From a virus (Duplodnaviria; Heunggongvirae; Uroviricota; Caudoviricetes): 6,740 nt of DNA. Location of the stretch: IMG/VR virus record IMGVR_UViG_2740892212_000008; one strand, 5' to 3'. The translations under genes and the position numbers were made by a program. Below, piece by piece: positions 5,705 through 6,740 of this stretch. The first letter of the stretch is position 1. Every line of letters starts with the position of its first letter. The notes beneath the pieces are model-generated. The model was not told the origin of the DNA, searched no databases, and saw only the letters and a program-made list of their open reading frames with translations.

Positions 5705-5856
5705 GGCGAATAATATCCGACAGTAATCACTCTGCGCAATAGCGCGGCCTTTTTCGTATTGCGGGCTGTTGTCTCTCTTCTGCCATTGTCCTGTAACTTC
5801 CGGACTTCAGCCCGCTCCTCATTTTACTCACAATATTATCCCGGCCGGGAGGATTC

Positions 5857-6740
5857 ATGGCATTTAAACACTATGATGTTGTCAGGGCGGCGTCGCCGTC
5901 AGACCTTGCGGAAAAGCTGACACACAAACTGAAAGAGGGCTGGCAGCCATACGGCGGACCGGTTGCCATTACGCCGTACACACTGATGCAGGCGGTGGCT
6001 ATTGAAGGAGAGCCACAGGTCGGCCCTTCATCTGAGCCGGATTGGTACTACGTCATCGTACTGGCCGGGCAGTCCAATGCCATGGCTTACGGTGAAGGGC
6101 TTCCGCTGCCGGATTCATACGATGCTCCGGATCCGCGCATTAAACAGCTGGCGCGCCGCAGTACAGTGACGCCGGGCGGGGCTGCCTGCAGATATAACGA
6201 TATTATTCCGGCTGACCACTGTCTGCATGATGTGCAGGATATGAGTACGCTGAATCATCCGAGGGCTGACCTGAGCAAAGGGCAGTACGGCTGTGTCGGT
6301 CAGGGTTTACATATTGCCAAAAAACTGCTCCCGTATATCCCGAATAACGCGGGGATCCTGCTGGTACCATGCTGTCGTGGTGGTTCGGCATTTACCCAGG
6401 GCGCGGAGGGGACATTCAGCGAGTCCACGGGGGCCAGTCAGGATTCGGCACGCTGGGGGGTGGGCAAGCCGTTATATCAGGATCTGATTTCCCGCACAAA
6501 AGCGGCATTGCAGAAAAATCCCAAAAACGTTCTGCTGGCCGTCTGCTGGATGCAGGGTGAGTTTGACATGAGCGCCGCCACCCACGCACAGCAACCTGCG
6601 CTGTTTACAGCCATGCTGACACAGTTTCGTGCTGACCTCTCCGTGTTTAACGCGCAGTGCCATGGTGGCAGTGCTGCAGATGTGCCGTGGGTTTGTGGTG
6701 ACACGACGTATTACTGGAAAAATACATACGCTACCCAGTA
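5857..6740 (+). CDS. nanS: prophage sialate O-acetylesterase (NanS-p type) with N-terminal DUF1737-like region; 3' end beyond the window
   Basis: ATG 5857 with GGGAGG 4 nt upstream. Frame is open to the window end (294 codons, verified by hand; absent from the ORF track because it lacks a stop). Contains the SGNH/SASA nucleophile block VIVLAGQSNAMAYG. Confidence 0.85.
   Translation, partial: MAFKHYDVVRAASPSDLAEKLTHKLKEGWQPYGGPVAITPYTLMQAVAIEGEPQVGPSSEPDWYYVIVLAGQSNAMAYGEGLPLPDSYDAPDPRIKQLARRSTVTPGGAACRYNDIIPADHCLHDVQDMSTLNHPRADLSKGQYGCVGQGLHIAKKLLPYIPNNAGILLVPCCRGGSAFTQGAEGTFSESTGASQDSARWGVGKPLYQDLISRTKAALQKNPKNVLLAVCWMQGEFDMSAATHAQQPALFTAMLTQFRADLSVFNAQCHGGSAADVPWVCGDTTYYWKNTYATQ

Noticed and set aside
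5536-5739. 67-aa minus-strand ORF in the cargo site
   Set aside because: Reads straight through both back-to-back terminator hairpins; Arg/Pro-rich; no RBS.
5368-5856. Possible Shiga toxin (stxAB) genes after argO
   Set aside because: This is the stx position in Stx phages, but no ORF of suitable size or signal-peptide character is present; the region is non-coding here.
6203-6704. Short ORFs on both strands inside the nanS-p coding region (6203..6391, 6293..6487, 6369..6560, 6472..6663, 6477..6704)
   Set aside because: All overlap the well-supported, continuously open nanS-p frame.
1-6740. CRISPR array, integrase, IS element or attachment-site repeats
   Set aside because: No regularly spaced direct repeats, transposase-like ORFs or terminal inverted repeats found by eye; the tRNAs are phage cargo within the late region, not chromosomal att sites.

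Overview
The window reads as the early-late transition region of a lambdoid (Qin-like) prophage from an Escherichia-type enterobacterium, all on the + strand. Order: an unknown 217-aa nin-region protein with a coupled 27-aa hydrophobic peptide; a hok/mok type I toxin locus with its 5'/3' fold-back elements intact; a 96-nt run of N; a DUF968 protein with HNH-like Cys/His motifs; RusA resolvase; a Q-type late antiterminator followed by terminator structures; a small winged-helix-like ORF; an orphan beta-class DNA methyltransferase; a phage tRNA cluster (Ile2-CAU, a degenerate Arg-UCG-like, Arg-UCU); a ~490-bp non-coding cargo site where Stx phages carry stxAB; and the 5' part of a nanS-p type sialate O-acetylesterase running off the window end. 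No stx genes, CRISPR array, integrase or IS element is visible. All family assignments are from motif recognition and recall, not from a database search. The most promising places for something undescribed are the structured non-coding region at 5368-5856 (back-to-back terminators, possible antisense small RNA), the small ORF plus methyltransferase module with its perfect 12-bp inverted repeat, and the unknown 217-aa/27-aa pair.
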